This document shows, piece after piece, positions 18,821 through 28,569 of a stretch of 47,403 bases of DNA. The number at the start of each line of letters is the position of its first letter. Position 1 is the first letter of the stretch. The notes under the pieces were generated by a model. That model was not told where the DNA came from. It worked only from the letters and a program-made list of their open reading frames with translations, and searched no databases. This DNA comes from Candidatus Parvarchaeota archaeon (GTDB lineage Archaea > Nanobdellota > Nanobdellia > Parvarchaeales > Parvarchaeaceae): contig JAMCRO010000035.1 in NCBI GenBank assembly GCA_023380615.1, forward strand, positions 1-47,403, written 5' to 3'. The translations under genes and the position numbers were made by a program.

Positions 18821-20545
18821 ATGCTTAATCAAAACTACAAAACTATAGATACAGATTTATTAATAATTGGAGCAGGCGGTTCTGGATTAAGAGCTGCAGT
18901 TGAAGCTCTAAATACTGGTGTAAATGTAACAATACTGTCTAAATCCCTGCTTGGAAAAGCTCACACAGTTATGGCAGAAGGGGGAATAGCCGCTTCTCTT
19001 GGGGATGTAGACCCTGAAGATAACTGGAAAGTGCACTTCAAAGATACGATGGTAGAAGGTGTCTACCTTTCAGACTGGAGATTAGTTGAAAAACTAGCAA
19101 AGGAAGCGCCAGATAGAGTATATGAACTTGAAAGGATGGGTGCACTGTTTGACAGAACGCCTGAGAAAAAGATAATGCAAAGAGCCTTTGGTGCACACAC
19201 TTATAGAAGGCTGTGCCATGTTGGTGACAAAACAGGATTAGAACTTTTGAGGACATTGGAAGATAAGATACTGCACAGTAGCAATGTAAAAGTAATGGAT
19301 GAAGTCTTTGTAACCAAATTAGTAAAAAAGAACGACAAAGTTATAGGGGTCATTGCTTTAGACATGAAAACAGGTGAATTTATCGCTATAAATTCAAAGT
19401 CCATTATTATCGCGGGCGGAGGTTGTGGCAGGATATATGAGGTTACATCAAACTCTTGGGAAAGCACTGGAGATGGGATAGCACTAGCATTTGATGCTGG
19501 CGCGGAAATGATGGATATGGAGATGATGCAGTTCCACCCCACAGGTATGGTATGGCCACCAGGGGTTAGAGGTTTGCTTGTAACAGAAGGTGTAAGAGGG
19601 GAGGGAGGTTTGTTGTATAATACTAAGGGAGAAAGGTTTATGTTAAGATATTCTCCACAGAAAAAAGAGCTAGATGCTAGAGATGTTGTTGCAAGATCTA
19701 TATACAATGAAATCCAAGAAGGAAGAGGCACAGAACATGGTGGTGTATTTCTTGATATCTCCTATAAGGGGAAGACCTTCATAATGAAAAAGCTCCCTGG
19801 AATGTATATGCAATTCAAGGAATTTGCAGGGGTTGACATAACAAAGGAAAAGATGGAAGTAGGACCTACAACGCATTATTATATGGGCGGGATAAAGGTA
19901 GACTCTGAAACAAACTCAACTAATATAAACGGTTTATTTGCGGTCGGAGAAGCCGCTGCTGGAGTACATGGTGCCAATAGATTGGGGGGAAATTCACTCG
20001 CAGATCTATTAGTATTCGGCAAGTATGTCGGAATAAATGCAGCCGCATACTCCAAAAAAGCAAATTTAGAGAAGATACCGGAAGAAACAATAAAAAACGA
20101 AATAAAGAGAATTGGAGAATTTATAAATCCCAACGGAACTAATCCGTATTCGCTTACAGAAAAACTCAGAAAAACAATGTCAGATAATGTGGGTATAGTA
20201 AGAAATGAACAAAGTATGCAAAAAGCCCTTTCAGTAATACTTGAAATAAAAAAAGAGTATAAAAACATAGGAGTCAGTGGCAACTTGCAGTACAACCCTG
20301 GATTACTGCAATGCCTAGAATTGCATAGCATGCTTGAAATATCAGAATTATTAGTAAGAGGAGCTATTATGAGAAAAGAAAGCAGGGGGGCTCACTACAG
20401 AAGTGACTTTCCAAAAAAAGACAAAAAATGGCTAAAAAATATTGTATTCAAAAAGGATGAAGATAAGGTAGAGAGTTATACTTTCTCTCCTCCAGAAATG
20501 CCGCCTTACCTTAAAGAGATATTACCAGAGGAAAAATATGAATAA
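18821..20545 (+). CDS. sdhA: succinate dehydrogenase/fumarate reductase flavoprotein subunit
   Basis: IGAGGSG, FAD His in AHTVMAEGG, QFHPTG, TEGVRGEGG, HYYMGG, HGANRLGGNSL, ESRGAH. Confidence 0.96.
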   Translation: MLNQNYKTIDTDLLIIGAGGSGLRAAVEALNTGVNVTILSKSLLGKAHTVMAEGGIAASLGDVDPEDNWKVHFKDTMVEGVYLSDWRLVEKLAKEAPDRVYELERMGALFDRTPEKKIMQRAFGAHTYRRLCHVGDKTGLELLRTLEDKILHSSNVKVMDEVFVTKLVKKNDKVIGVIALDMKTGEFIAINSKSIIIAGGGCGRIYEVTSNSWESTGDGIALAFDAGAEMMDMEMMQFHPTGMVWPPGVRGLLVTEGVRGEGGLLYNTKGERFMLRYSPQKKELDARDVVARSIYNEIQEGRGTEHGGVFLDISYKGKTFIMKKLPGMYMQFKEFAGVDITKEKMEVGPTTHYYMGGIKVDSETNSTNINGLFAVGEAAAGVHGANRLGGNSLADLLVFGKYVGINAAAYSKKANLEKIPEETIKNEIKRIGEFINPNGTNPYSLTEKLRKTMSDNVGIVRNEQSMQKALSVILEIKKEYKNIGVSGNLQYNPGLLQCLELHSMLEISELLVRGAIMRKESRGAHYRSDFPKKDKKWLKNIVFKKDEDKVESYTFSPPEMPPYLKEILPEEKYE

Positions 20546-21284
20546 GGAAATAAAACTAAACGTTTACAGATTTGATCCAAGCAAAGACAAAGAAGGGAAA
20601 TTCCAAGAATTCTCTGTGCCCGTTCAAGAAGGCATGGTAGTTTTGGACGCTGTGCATTACGTAGAAAACAATATAGATCCTACACTTGGAGTTAGATGGA
20701 ACTGCAAAGCTGCGAGATGTGGTTCATGCGCTGCAGAAATAAATGGAAGACCAAGTTTAATGTGCAAAACAAGAGTAGATTCACTTGGAGATAAAATACA
20801 TGTTGCGCCAATGAAAGCTTTTCCAATTATAAAAGATTTGGTAACTGATGTTTCAAGAAACTGGGATATAGCAAAAAAAATACCTGAATTTACTCCAAAA
20901 AAAGGGTTAAAAGAGCCTTGGTTGATAGACGAAATGGATGTAACAAGGTCAAGGGAGTTTAGGAACTGCATAGAATGTTTTCTCTGTCAGGATGTATGTC
21001 ATGTTATAAGAGAGCACGATAAGAATTATATAGGGCCTAGATTTATGGTAAAAGCTGCTTCATTGGACACGCACCCGTTGGACTCAGTAAACCGTTCAAA
21101 GTTCCTACACGAAGAAGGCGGTGCCGGTTATTGCAATATAACTAAGTGCTGTCAGGACGTTTGCCCTGAACACATAGCAATAACCGACAATGCAATAATT
21201 CCTGAAAAGGAAAGTATTGTTGACAGCTACTACGATCCAGTTACAATGCTGTTCAACAAGATAAGGAGAAAACATGAACAGTGA
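20538..21284 (+). CDS. sdhB: succinate dehydrogenase iron-sulfur subunit (Sdh1 type)
   Basis: RWNCKAARCGSC, CIECFLCQDVC, CNITKCCQDVCPEH. Confidence 0.95.
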   Translation: MNKEIKLNVYRFDPSKDKEGKFQEFSVPVQEGMVVLDAVHYVENNIDPTLGVRWNCKAARCGSCAAEINGRPSLMCKTRVDSLGDKIHVAPMKAFPIIKDLVTDVSRNWDIAKKIPEFTPKKGLKEPWLIDEMDVTRSREFRNCIECFLCQDVCHVIREHDKNYIGPRFMVKAASLDTHPLDSVNRSKFLHEEGGAGYCNITKCCQDVCPEHIAITDNAIIPEKESIVDSYYDPVTMLFNKIRRKHEQ

Positions 21285-21996
21285 AACAAACTTTTCAAGC
21301 ACAATAAAGAAAGCAATCCCCGAATTGTTAGAACCTAATTGGAGGTTATGGTCATTTCTGGCAATATTGATATTTGCTATAGTTGCTCTATTTGTTTTTC
21401 CCGTAAAAGAATACAAAGGACTGATAGACCCCTTTTATTCTCCAACAATATTGGTGGTTCCGGTAGTAGGATTGTTTAGACTGACATGCTATGCATACCG
21501 TAAAGATTATTACAGGAATATTTTCAACCATCCACAAAGTTGCAATGCTGATGTAAGGGGGGATTCTGCAAGCAGAGGTTATTCTGGAGAAACGACATTA
21601 TTTGCATTCAACAACCTACACAGGTATTTGCTATATGTAGGAATAATTCTGCTTCCATTTTTCTACTATGACTTTTATGTTTCAGTGACATACTTTGGGG
21701 GATTTGTGCTCAGATTTGCAAGTGTTCTTATTTTATTAAATGCAATCCTACTTACACTATGGGTTTTCTCATGCCATGCATTCAGACATGTTTTTGCTGG
21801 CGGCAACGTAAAATGTTATGACTGCGCATTAAACCCTAAGGCAAGAAAAGGCTTCTTTAATGTCCAGTCTATGCTGAATAAAAGACATGAAGACTGGGCT
21901 TTTATAAGTTTAGTAGTTATAGTACTGGTTGATTTGTACTTAAGAGCACTGGCAGCAGGTTGGCCGGTAGACTTTAGAATTTTGCAGGTGGTATAG
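21274..21996 (+). CDS. sdhC: succinate dehydrogenase membrane anchor, Rv0249c/Sdh1-like
   Basis: FRLTCYAYRKDYYR, YSGET, NLHRY, SCHAFRH, LNKRH motifs, several TM helices, overlaps sdhB. Confidence 0.8.
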   Translation: MNSETNFSSTIKKAIPELLEPNWRLWSFLAILIFAIVALFVFPVKEYKGLIDPFYSPTILVVPVVGLFRLTCYAYRKDYYRNIFNHPQSCNADVRGDSASRGYSGETTLFAFNNLHRYLLYVGIILLPFFYYDFYVSVTYFGGFVLRFASVLILLNAILLTLWVFSCHAFRHVFAGGNVKCYDCALNPKARKGFFNVQSMLNKRHEDWAFISLVVIVLVDLYLRALAAGWPVDFRILQVV

Positions 21997-21997
21997 T

Positions 21998-22171
21998 ATG
22001 CACTTCCCCGATAGATATAGGTATCCTTTGTTCTTCATCGGATTACTTTTAATGATAGTTTCGGCTTTTTTATACAAATATAATATTTTAACGCTGGAAG
22101 TAGAAGAAATATTGGTTGTGATAGGGACTGTGTTTTTTGTCTTCTCTATAGCTTCTGCCTTTATTAAGTAA
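21998..22171 (+). CDS. small 2-TM membrane protein (57 aa)
   Basis: Hand translation MHFPDRYRYPLFFIGLLLMIVSAFLYKYNILTLEVEEILVVIGTVFFVFSIASAFIK*. Starts 1 nt after the sdhC stop, with AGGTGG upstream. Confidence 0.6.
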   Translation: MHFPDRYRYPLFFIGLLLMIVSAFLYKYNILTLEVEEILVVIGTVFFVFSIASAFIK

Positions 22172-23363
22172 CCAATTCAGATTTTCTAGACTTCGGAAGC
22201 AAGGGAAGGAACATCATTGATATGAAAAGCACTATAGCCATGTAATACATACTAGTCTCAATGCTTGTAAAAGTCAAGAAATAAGTCATCAAAGCTATCC
22301 CAAATGCCCCTCCCAAGATATTTCCGATTCCCCATACTAAGCTATATGCAGTCGAATAATATTCCTTTGGCACTAACTGATATGTATAATCCAAAAGCAC
22401 TGAAAAGCCTGTAAATATAAGAAAAGCCAAAACTGCATAAGCAAATGTCAGAATTATAATATTTGTGGTAGCAAGAAACAATACAAAAGCAAAGAAGGAA
22501 AAGACAGAAGTCAATGTAATGGTAAACCTGCCGCCCCTTATAGTAGTTATATAACCAAAAAGTGGCTGGCCCAGGATTGCGGGTATGAAACTTATGGTAA
22601 GTATAACCCCCGTAAATGCAACCGACCCAGTAATCTTATCAAGATATTCTGCAATAAATGTTACTGTGCCCATTATAAATGCGCCTTTAAGAAAAATCGG
22701 GATCATCGCAGAGTAAAGATTTCTCTTTATATCTTTAGGTAAACTCCCCTTATTTCTAATTTTCTTATGCTTTTTAGAGGGCCTTGTAAAACCTGACATC
22801 CCAAAGTATATTATCATTGATAAAATCCAAACATAAACCGCAATAACTTCCATTCCCTTAAAACTCCCAAAAAACAGAAGCAGAAAAGTTATTACAGAAG
22901 GCATCAGCGCCCTACCTAGACTTCCAAATGCTCCATTTATTCCAAGAATTTTGCCTAAATCCCTGCTTTCGTAAACGAAAGAAAGCACAGAAGCGCCTAT
23001 TGGGTGGTAAAACGCCTGACCGGAACCCAAAGCTATAGAACCTAAAATAACAAAGACTATGTAATACCCAGTATAAATAAATCCGAAACCGAAGAAGAAT
23101 GCTGCTAGGCCTTCTAATGCTATGCCCAATGATAACAAAAGCCTGTCATTGTTTAACCTATCTGCAAACTCCCCTATAGGCAAGCTTATTACTCCATAAA
23201 GCACATTGTAGATTATTGCGTTTATTCCTAGAAAGGCAATGCTTACTCCAGGTAACTTGGAGAAAAATACGATAAGTATTGAAAAAAGCAGAAAATTGCC
23301 GTCATTGGCAAAATGCGTTAACGAAGTAAATAATAATGCCCTTTTTCTGCTGAAAGATTGCAT
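22164..23363 (-). CDS. MFS transporter
   Basis: About 12 TM helices, THFAND, GEFADR, AFYHP, GSLGR. Confidence 0.9.
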   Translation of the reverse strand: MQSFSRKRALLFTSLTHFANDGNFLLFSILIVFFSKLPGVSIAFLGINAIIYNVLYGVISLPIGEFADRLNNDRLLLSLGIALEGLAAFFFGFGFIYTGYYIVFVILGSIALGSGQAFYHPIGASVLSFVYESRDLGKILGINGAFGSLGRALMPSVITFLLLFFGSFKGMEVIAVYVWILSMIIYFGMSGFTRPSKKHKKIRNKGSLPKDIKRNLYSAMIPIFLKGAFIMGTVTFIAEYLDKITGSVAFTGVILTISFIPAILGQPLFGYITTIRGGRFTITLTSVFSFFAFVLFLATTNIIILTFAYAVLAFLIFTGFSVLLDYTYQLVPKEYYSTAYSLVWGIGNILGGAFGIALMTYFLTFTSIETSMYYMAIVLFISMMFLPLLPKSRKSELVT

Positions 23364-23374
23364 ATGTAACGCAT

Positions 23375-24523
23375 TTACCTTTTTTCTATAGGTAAATACT
23401 CCAGATCTATTTTACCAATGTATTCTTCTAATGGCCTGAAAAGCTTGTTGCTTCTCCAGTATTCTATTACGTGAGAGCACCAGCCTACAGTTCTGCTGGA
23501 TGCAAAGACAGTATCAAACAATTCGGGTTTTATGTTAAGATGCATGTATAGCGGGCCGGAAAAGAAATCCACATTCGGCCAGATACCATGGCTTTTACCC
23601 AATCTATCTATCATCATTTTTTCCGCCCTTAGAGAGATTTCGATTAAACTGTTTATTTCCTCATTTGAATTGCCTTTTATTTTATCCAAATAAGATTTAA
23701 GGATTCTGGCCCTTGGGTCATAAGTTTTGTATACTCTGTGCCCGAATCCCATTATTTTCCTTTTTCCCGCCAGCGCTTCGTCTATGTAATTTTCAGTATT
23801 ATCGGGATTTCCTATCTCCTTCATCATTTTAACTGCAGCTTCGTCTGCACCCCCATGTAAAGGCCCTTTCAATGCTGCTACGCCCGCAGTAACGCCTGCG
23901 TATATGTCTGCTAAAGTAGAACAAGCAACCAAAGTTGCAAAGGTAGACGCATTTGAGCTATGCTCTGCGTGAAGAATAAACATTACATCCATTAACTTTT
24001 CAGAGTCTTTATCGGGTTTCTCACCCGTAAGCATGTAAAGAAAGTTTGCAGAGTGATTTAATGAATTATCAGGTTCTAATATCTCTTTTCCTTCCTTGAT
24101 TCTTCCTATAGCAGCTGCTATTGTAGCCGTCTTTGTTATTATCTTTATGGCTTTTTCTATATTTTCACTTTCGTTATCACTGTATGGTTTGCTGTCATCT
24201 GCAGAAAGAGAAGACATTGCCGTCCTTAGAACATCCAAAGTCTGCGATCCTTTGGAAAACTTACGGATTATGTCCTTAGTATTTTCAGGTATTGTCCTTT
24301 CTTCTTTCATCTTTTTAGTGAAATCAGAAAGTTCTTTTGAGTTTGGAAGTTTACTGTATAGCAGAAGATAACATACTTCTTCATAAGAGGAGTAATTTGC
24401 CAGATCTTCTATTTTATAACCTCTGTAATAAAGCTTGCCTTCCTGGCCATCAACTTTGCATATCTCGGATTTAGTAATGTAAACTCCCTGTAAACCATCT
24501 TTTATCTCAATGCCTTCTGTCAT
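23375..24523 (-). CDS. gltA: citrate synthase
   Basis: LYYRGY, HAEH, NASTF, GPLHGGA, MGFGHRVYK.DPR, PNVDF. Confidence 0.96.
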   Translation of the reverse strand: MTEGIEIKDGLQGVYITKSEICKVDGQEGKLYYRGYKIEDLANYSSYEEVCYLLLYSKLPNSKELSDFTKKMKEERTIPENTKDIIRKFSKGSQTLDVLRTAMSSLSADDSKPYSDNESENIEKAIKIITKTATIAAAIGRIKEGKEILEPDNSLNHSANFLYMLTGEKPDKDSEKLMDVMFILHAEHSSNASTFATLVACSTLADIYAGVTAGVAALKGPLHGGADEAAVKMMKEIGNPDNTENYIDEALAGKRKIMGFGHRVYKTYDPRARILKSYLDKIKGNSNEEINSLIEISLRAEKMMIDRLGKSHGIWPNVDFFSGPLYMHLNIKPELFDTVFASSRTVGWCSHVIEYWRSNKLFRPLEEYIGKIDLEYLPIEKR

Positions 24524-24524
24524 T

Positions 24525-25448
24525 TTATACTTCCAAACCTTTTAACAAAGGCTCTATGTCAGTTAATGGATTCCCGTTCTCATCGGCTATCTTTTGTGAT
24601 ACTGGAGAAGGAATCTTCCTTGCCTGTAACCTGCTTTCGAATGTGTCTGGATCCTCATTTTGAAAGAAAATACCAGTATACATGTTATCAGGGTCTTCGC
24701 TGAGTAACATTTTTATTGCATTTAACTTCTTTTCATTAACCTCTTCCCTATTTGATGGGTCTTTAACATAACCGTCATAATCTTGTGGTAATTGCTTTAA
24801 ATGTGTGTTAAACCAAGGTGCCGATGTGAATTCCGGATTATATGTTGGGCAGCCTTGCATTATATCAACTAACGCCAATCCTTTGTGCTGTATTGCTTTT
24901 ACCATTATATCCGCAAGTTCATTGACCTTAAAACTCTGTGCCCTTGCAACAAAATTATATCCTGACATTATAGCAAGGGAAAGCGGACTCAATGCTCCAT
25001 TTATATTAGGAGCTGGCAGCGATTTTGTCTTTCTTCCTTCTGGTAAAGTAGGGCTTGCCTGCCCTTTTGTTAGAGAGTAAACGCCGTTGTCATGTATAAA
25101 AAGTTTGATGTCAGTATTCCTTCTTCCAGCGCTTATGAAATGCCCTACCCCTATGCCGTAAGTGTCACCATCACCACTATCCAATAAAACCGTTAATTCC
25201 GGATTTGCTAGTTTAATTCCTTCAGCAAATGGTATCGGCCTACCATGTAGAGTATGAACGCCGTTTACATTTACTAAATGAGGTAATTTGGAAGAACAGC
25301 CTATTCCGGAGACTATTACTGTCTTATGTGGGTCCAGACCTGCCTTAACTATTGCATTCTTGACTGCTAGTACAACCCCGCTGTCTCCACAACCCGGACA
25401 CCAGTCATTAAATTCATTAGAAGTCAAACTTTTAACATCAGTAACCAT
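24525..25448 (-). CDS. korB: 2-oxoacid:ferredoxin oxidoreductase beta subunit
   Basis: WCPGCGD, SGIGCS, TLHGR, GDGD, YSLTKGQASPT. Confidence 0.93.
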   Translation of the reverse strand: MVTDVKSLTSNEFNDWCPGCGDSGVVLAVKNAIVKAGLDPHKTVIVSGIGCSSKLPHLVNVNGVHTLHGRPIPFAEGIKLANPELTVLLDSGDGDTYGIGVGHFISAGRRNTDIKLFIHDNGVYSLTKGQASPTLPEGRKTKSLPAPNINGALSPLSLAIMSGYNFVARAQSFKVNELADIMVKAIQHKGLALVDIMQGCPTYNPEFTSAPWFNTHLKQLPQDYDGYVKDPSNREEVNEKKLNAIKMLLSEDPDNMYTGIFFQNEDPDTFESRLQARKIPSPVSQKIADENGNPLTDIEPLLKGLEV

Positions 25449-27288
25449 TTAGTATCACCTTGCTTTCGCCTTTTATTACTTTGTCGATTGCATCTCCAAC
25501 TTCATCATATCTCACAAGTCTTCCATTATACTTTAATATCTCATTTGGTATTACAAAGCCAGTAACTGAAGCTATATGCTGTTTTAACTGCGCTGAGATG
25601 TTCTCTTCTAAGACTGCCACTTTCTTTGCGCTCTTTAGAATGTCAAGTATTTCATTCGGCAAGGGATGTATTAATTTTATCTGAAGACCTGCAACATTCT
25701 TTCCATTTATTGCTTCTTTTAACGCTTCGGAAGGGCCTCCCCAAGTAACTACCAGAATGTCTGCAGTCTTTGGGTCTCCTATCAAAGTAAATTTATCTTC
25801 CTTTTTTATTTCCTTTAATATTTGGGCGTATTTCCCGTTTCTTTTTTCCATCATTTTTATCCTGTTGTTTGGATCTTCAGAAACGTGGCCCCATTCATCA
25901 TGTTCATCCCCCGTAAGCCAAAAAATTGCATTTGGATTGCCCGGAACTATTCTATCCGATATATTATCATCTGTAAATTTGAATCTCTTGTATTCGCCAT
26001 CAACTTTATCAATTAACTTGCCCCTATTAACTTTGTAATTTTTCTTTATATCAAGAATTGTGCTTTTGCTTATATTCATAGAACCTTGTGAGATTGCTTT
26101 TTCTCCAAGCACTATGACTGGAAGTTGGTACTGTTCTGCATAATTAAATGCATCTGCAGTCATTTTTATGCTGTCCTTTACATCTCCGGGTGCAATAATT
26201 ATCCTGCCAAAATCCCCATGGCCTTGATGAACTGCAAACATCAGATCACCTTGCTCGGTTCTTGTTGGCTGACCGGTTGCTGGTGCTCCTCTTTGATGAT
26301 CTACCAAAACTACCGGCACTTCATTCATTCCTGCCCAAGTAACCGTTTCTGACATCAATGAGAGACCTGGACCTGAGGTGGAAGTTGCAGCCCTTGCCCC
26401 TGCTATTGCTGCACCAGTAGCCATCGCCAGAACTGCCAACTCGCTTTCTGGTTGAACAACACGTATACCTAACTCTGGATGAGATTCTATAAACACGCTT
26501 TCATCACTAGCAGGGGTTATAGGATAGTAAATCTGCATTTTGCAGCCGGCTATTGCTTTACCTATAGCAGTAGAAGCAAATCCTTCCATGTAAAGCTGTT
26601 CCCCTTTATCCTTATTGTCAAGTTTTGCTATTGGAGCTATCCCTTTTGTTTTTATGTGATTTAAAGTCTCCATAGCAAGCGATTCATTCCTGCTTTTCAT
26701 ATACTCTATGGTTTCTTCTGAAACAGAAATATCTAAATCAATAACGCTTTTAGGCTTCTTCGCAAACTCTGTTTTTATTGCATCTACGGTATAGCTATCA
26801 TCTAACCCTAGAAGAAAACATGAAGCTGTAACACAAATAATATTTTTTGATATCACCAATTCACTAGTAGGTTTGTTTAACTTTTTTGCTACTTTGGTTA
26901 TTATTCCATCGAAATCTATATCCAATACATTTATGTCTTTTCTATTTATTTTGCTTTTATCAAGCTTACTATCTACAACCAAAGTTCCGTTCTCTTTAAT
27001 GTCTTTGATGTGGCCCTCCTGAACAACCTCTCCTCTTTCATTTACCTCACCTAGAACTGATTCTGTATCGAAGAATATTGCAAGGTCAACTTTGCTAGGT
27101 ATAGAAGAAACTTCCTTGTCAGATACCCTGACAGTGAAAAAACTATGCATTCCTTTTATGTTAGAGAAGTACTCTCTGTAACCATAAATATTATAGCCAT
27201 ACTTCATCATTACTCTTGAAAACAAGCCTAAAGATACATCTATACCACTGCCTTGTTTCCCGCCCGTCATCCAAGTTAATTCTGTCAT
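25438..27288 (-). CDS. korA: 2-oxoacid:ferredoxin oxidoreductase alpha subunit (gamma-alpha fusion)
   Basis: GGKQGSG, YPITPAS, TSGPG, QRGAPATGQPT, GDEHDE. Confidence 0.93.
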   Translation of the reverse strand: MTELTWMTGGKQGSGIDVSLGLFSRVMMKYGYNIYGYREYFSNIKGMHSFFTVRVSDKEVSSIPSKVDLAIFFDTESVLGEVNERGEVVQEGHIKDIKENGTLVVDSKLDKSKINRKDINVLDIDFDGIITKVAKKLNKPTSELVISKNIICVTASCFLLGLDDSYTVDAIKTEFAKKPKSVIDLDISVSEETIEYMKSRNESLAMETLNHIKTKGIAPIAKLDNKDKGEQLYMEGFASTAIGKAIAGCKMQIYYPITPASDESVFIESHPELGIRVVQPESELAVLAMATGAAIAGARAATSTSGPGLSLMSETVTWAGMNEVPVVLVDHQRGAPATGQPTRTEQGDLMFAVHQGHGDFGRIIIAPGDVKDSIKMTADAFNYAEQYQLPVIVLGEKAISQGSMNISKSTILDIKKNYKVNRGKLIDKVDGEYKRFKFTDDNISDRIVPGNPNAIFWLTGDEHDEWGHVSEDPNNRIKMMEKRNGKYAQILKEIKKEDKFTLIGDPKTADILVVTWGGPSEALKEAINGKNVAGLQIKLIHPLPNEILDILKSAKKVAVLEENISAQLKQHIASVTGFVIPNEILKYNGRLVRYDEVGDAIDKVIKGESKVILNGY

Positions 27289-27606
27289 TTAAAGATTCTT
27301 CCCAAGCCATCCTTTAAGCTGATCGACTTGCATAGCTCCAACAACGCTTGCTTTTACTTTTCCACCCTCTATCAATAAAGTAGTTGGAATGGCTTCAACA
27401 CCATATTTTGCCGCTATCTCTTGATTTTCATCCACATTTATCTTTACAAGCTTAAATTTGTCCTTCATTTCTTCGGAGGTCTTCTCTATTATTGGAGAAT
27501 ACCACCTACATGGCATACACCAAGGGGCCCACAAATCTACAAGTACCGGCGTACTTGATTTAAGAACTTCTTTTTCAAATTGCTCTTCGCCATTTATATC
27601 TTCCAT
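27289..27606 (-). CDS. trxA: thioredoxin
   Basis: LWAPWCMPC, KINVDEN, IPT. ATG at 27606 is preceded by GGAGGT. Confidence 0.95.
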   Translation of the reverse strand: MEDINGEEQFEKEVLKSSTPVLVDLWAPWCMPCRWYSPIIEKTSEEMKDKFKLVKINVDENQEIAAKYGVEAIPTTLLIEGGKVKASVVGAMQVDQLKGWLGKNL

Positions 27607-27699
27607 TTTAACCTCCAATATATCTATTATATAAACAATAGATAGTTGTTTTTATTTATATTTAATATTTTGCATTTTTAAATATAATATGTACGATAT

Positions 27700-28569
27700 T
27701 CATCTTAGTTTTTTGACAATAAAGCTAGAAAGTTCACTAAAGGTTCTTGCAACCGGAACATTTGCCTTCTTAAATGCCGATAGCTTGCTTTTTGCAGTTC
27801 CGGTGTTACCTGATATGATAGCGCCTGCATGCCCCATCCTTTTCCCAGGCGGTGCATATATGCCATCTATAAATGCAAAAACTGGTTTTTTAACGTTCTT
27901 TCTTATAAAATCGGCTGCTTTTTCTTCCTCGCTTCCGCCTATCTCTCCAACTATAACTATACCTTTTGTCTGCTTATCTTCTTGAAATAATTTTAAAACG
28001 TCGATAAAGCCCATGCCAGGAACCTTATCTCCCCCCACCCCTAAAACAGTACTTTCCCCTAATCCTGTTTCAGTTATAACATTCACAATCTCATAAGTCA
28101 ATGTTCCACTTCTTGAAACTACCCCAATAACTCCTTTTTTAAGAATATTGTTTGGAATTATACCTAATTTTCCAATGCCGGGAGCTGCCAATCCAGGGCA
28201 ATTTGGTCCTATTATTTTTACGCCTTTTAACTTAGCGTATTCATTTATTTTAAGCATATCTTGAAACGGCACATGCTCTGTTATTATCGTAATTAATTTT
28301 ATACCTGCATCAATGGCTTCAATAACTGAATCCTTCGTCATTAAAGCAGGTACAAAAACCACTGAAGAATTTGCTCCAGTCTTTTTAACTGCTGTATCTA
28401 CATTATCAAACACTCTTACGCCATTTACTCTTTCACCACCTTTTCCAGGAGTAACGCCAGCAACTACTTTTGTTCCTAGATCTATCATTGCCTTTGAATG
28501 AAACCTTCCTTGATGACCAGTTATACCCTGAACCAACACTTTAGTGTCTTTATCAATTAGAATTGCCAT
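27700..28569 (-). CDS. sucD: succinyl-CoA synthetase alpha subunit
   Basis: QGITG, GVTPGKGG, IGPNCPG, SRSGTLTYE, RMGHAGA. Confidence 0.97.
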   Translation of the reverse strand: MAILIDKDTKVLVQGITGHQGRFHSKAMIDLGTKVVAGVTPGKGGERVNGVRVFDNVDTAVKKTGANSSVVFVPALMTKDSVIEAIDAGIKLITIITEHVPFQDMLKINEYAKLKGVKIIGPNCPGLAAPGIGKLGIIPNNILKKGVIGVVSRSGTLTYEIVNVITETGLGESTVLGVGGDKVPGMGFIDVLKLFQEDKQTKGIVIVGEIGGSEEEKAADFIRKNVKKPVFAFIDGIYAPPGKRMGHAGAIISGNTGTAKSKLSAFKKANVPVARTFSELSSFIVKKLR

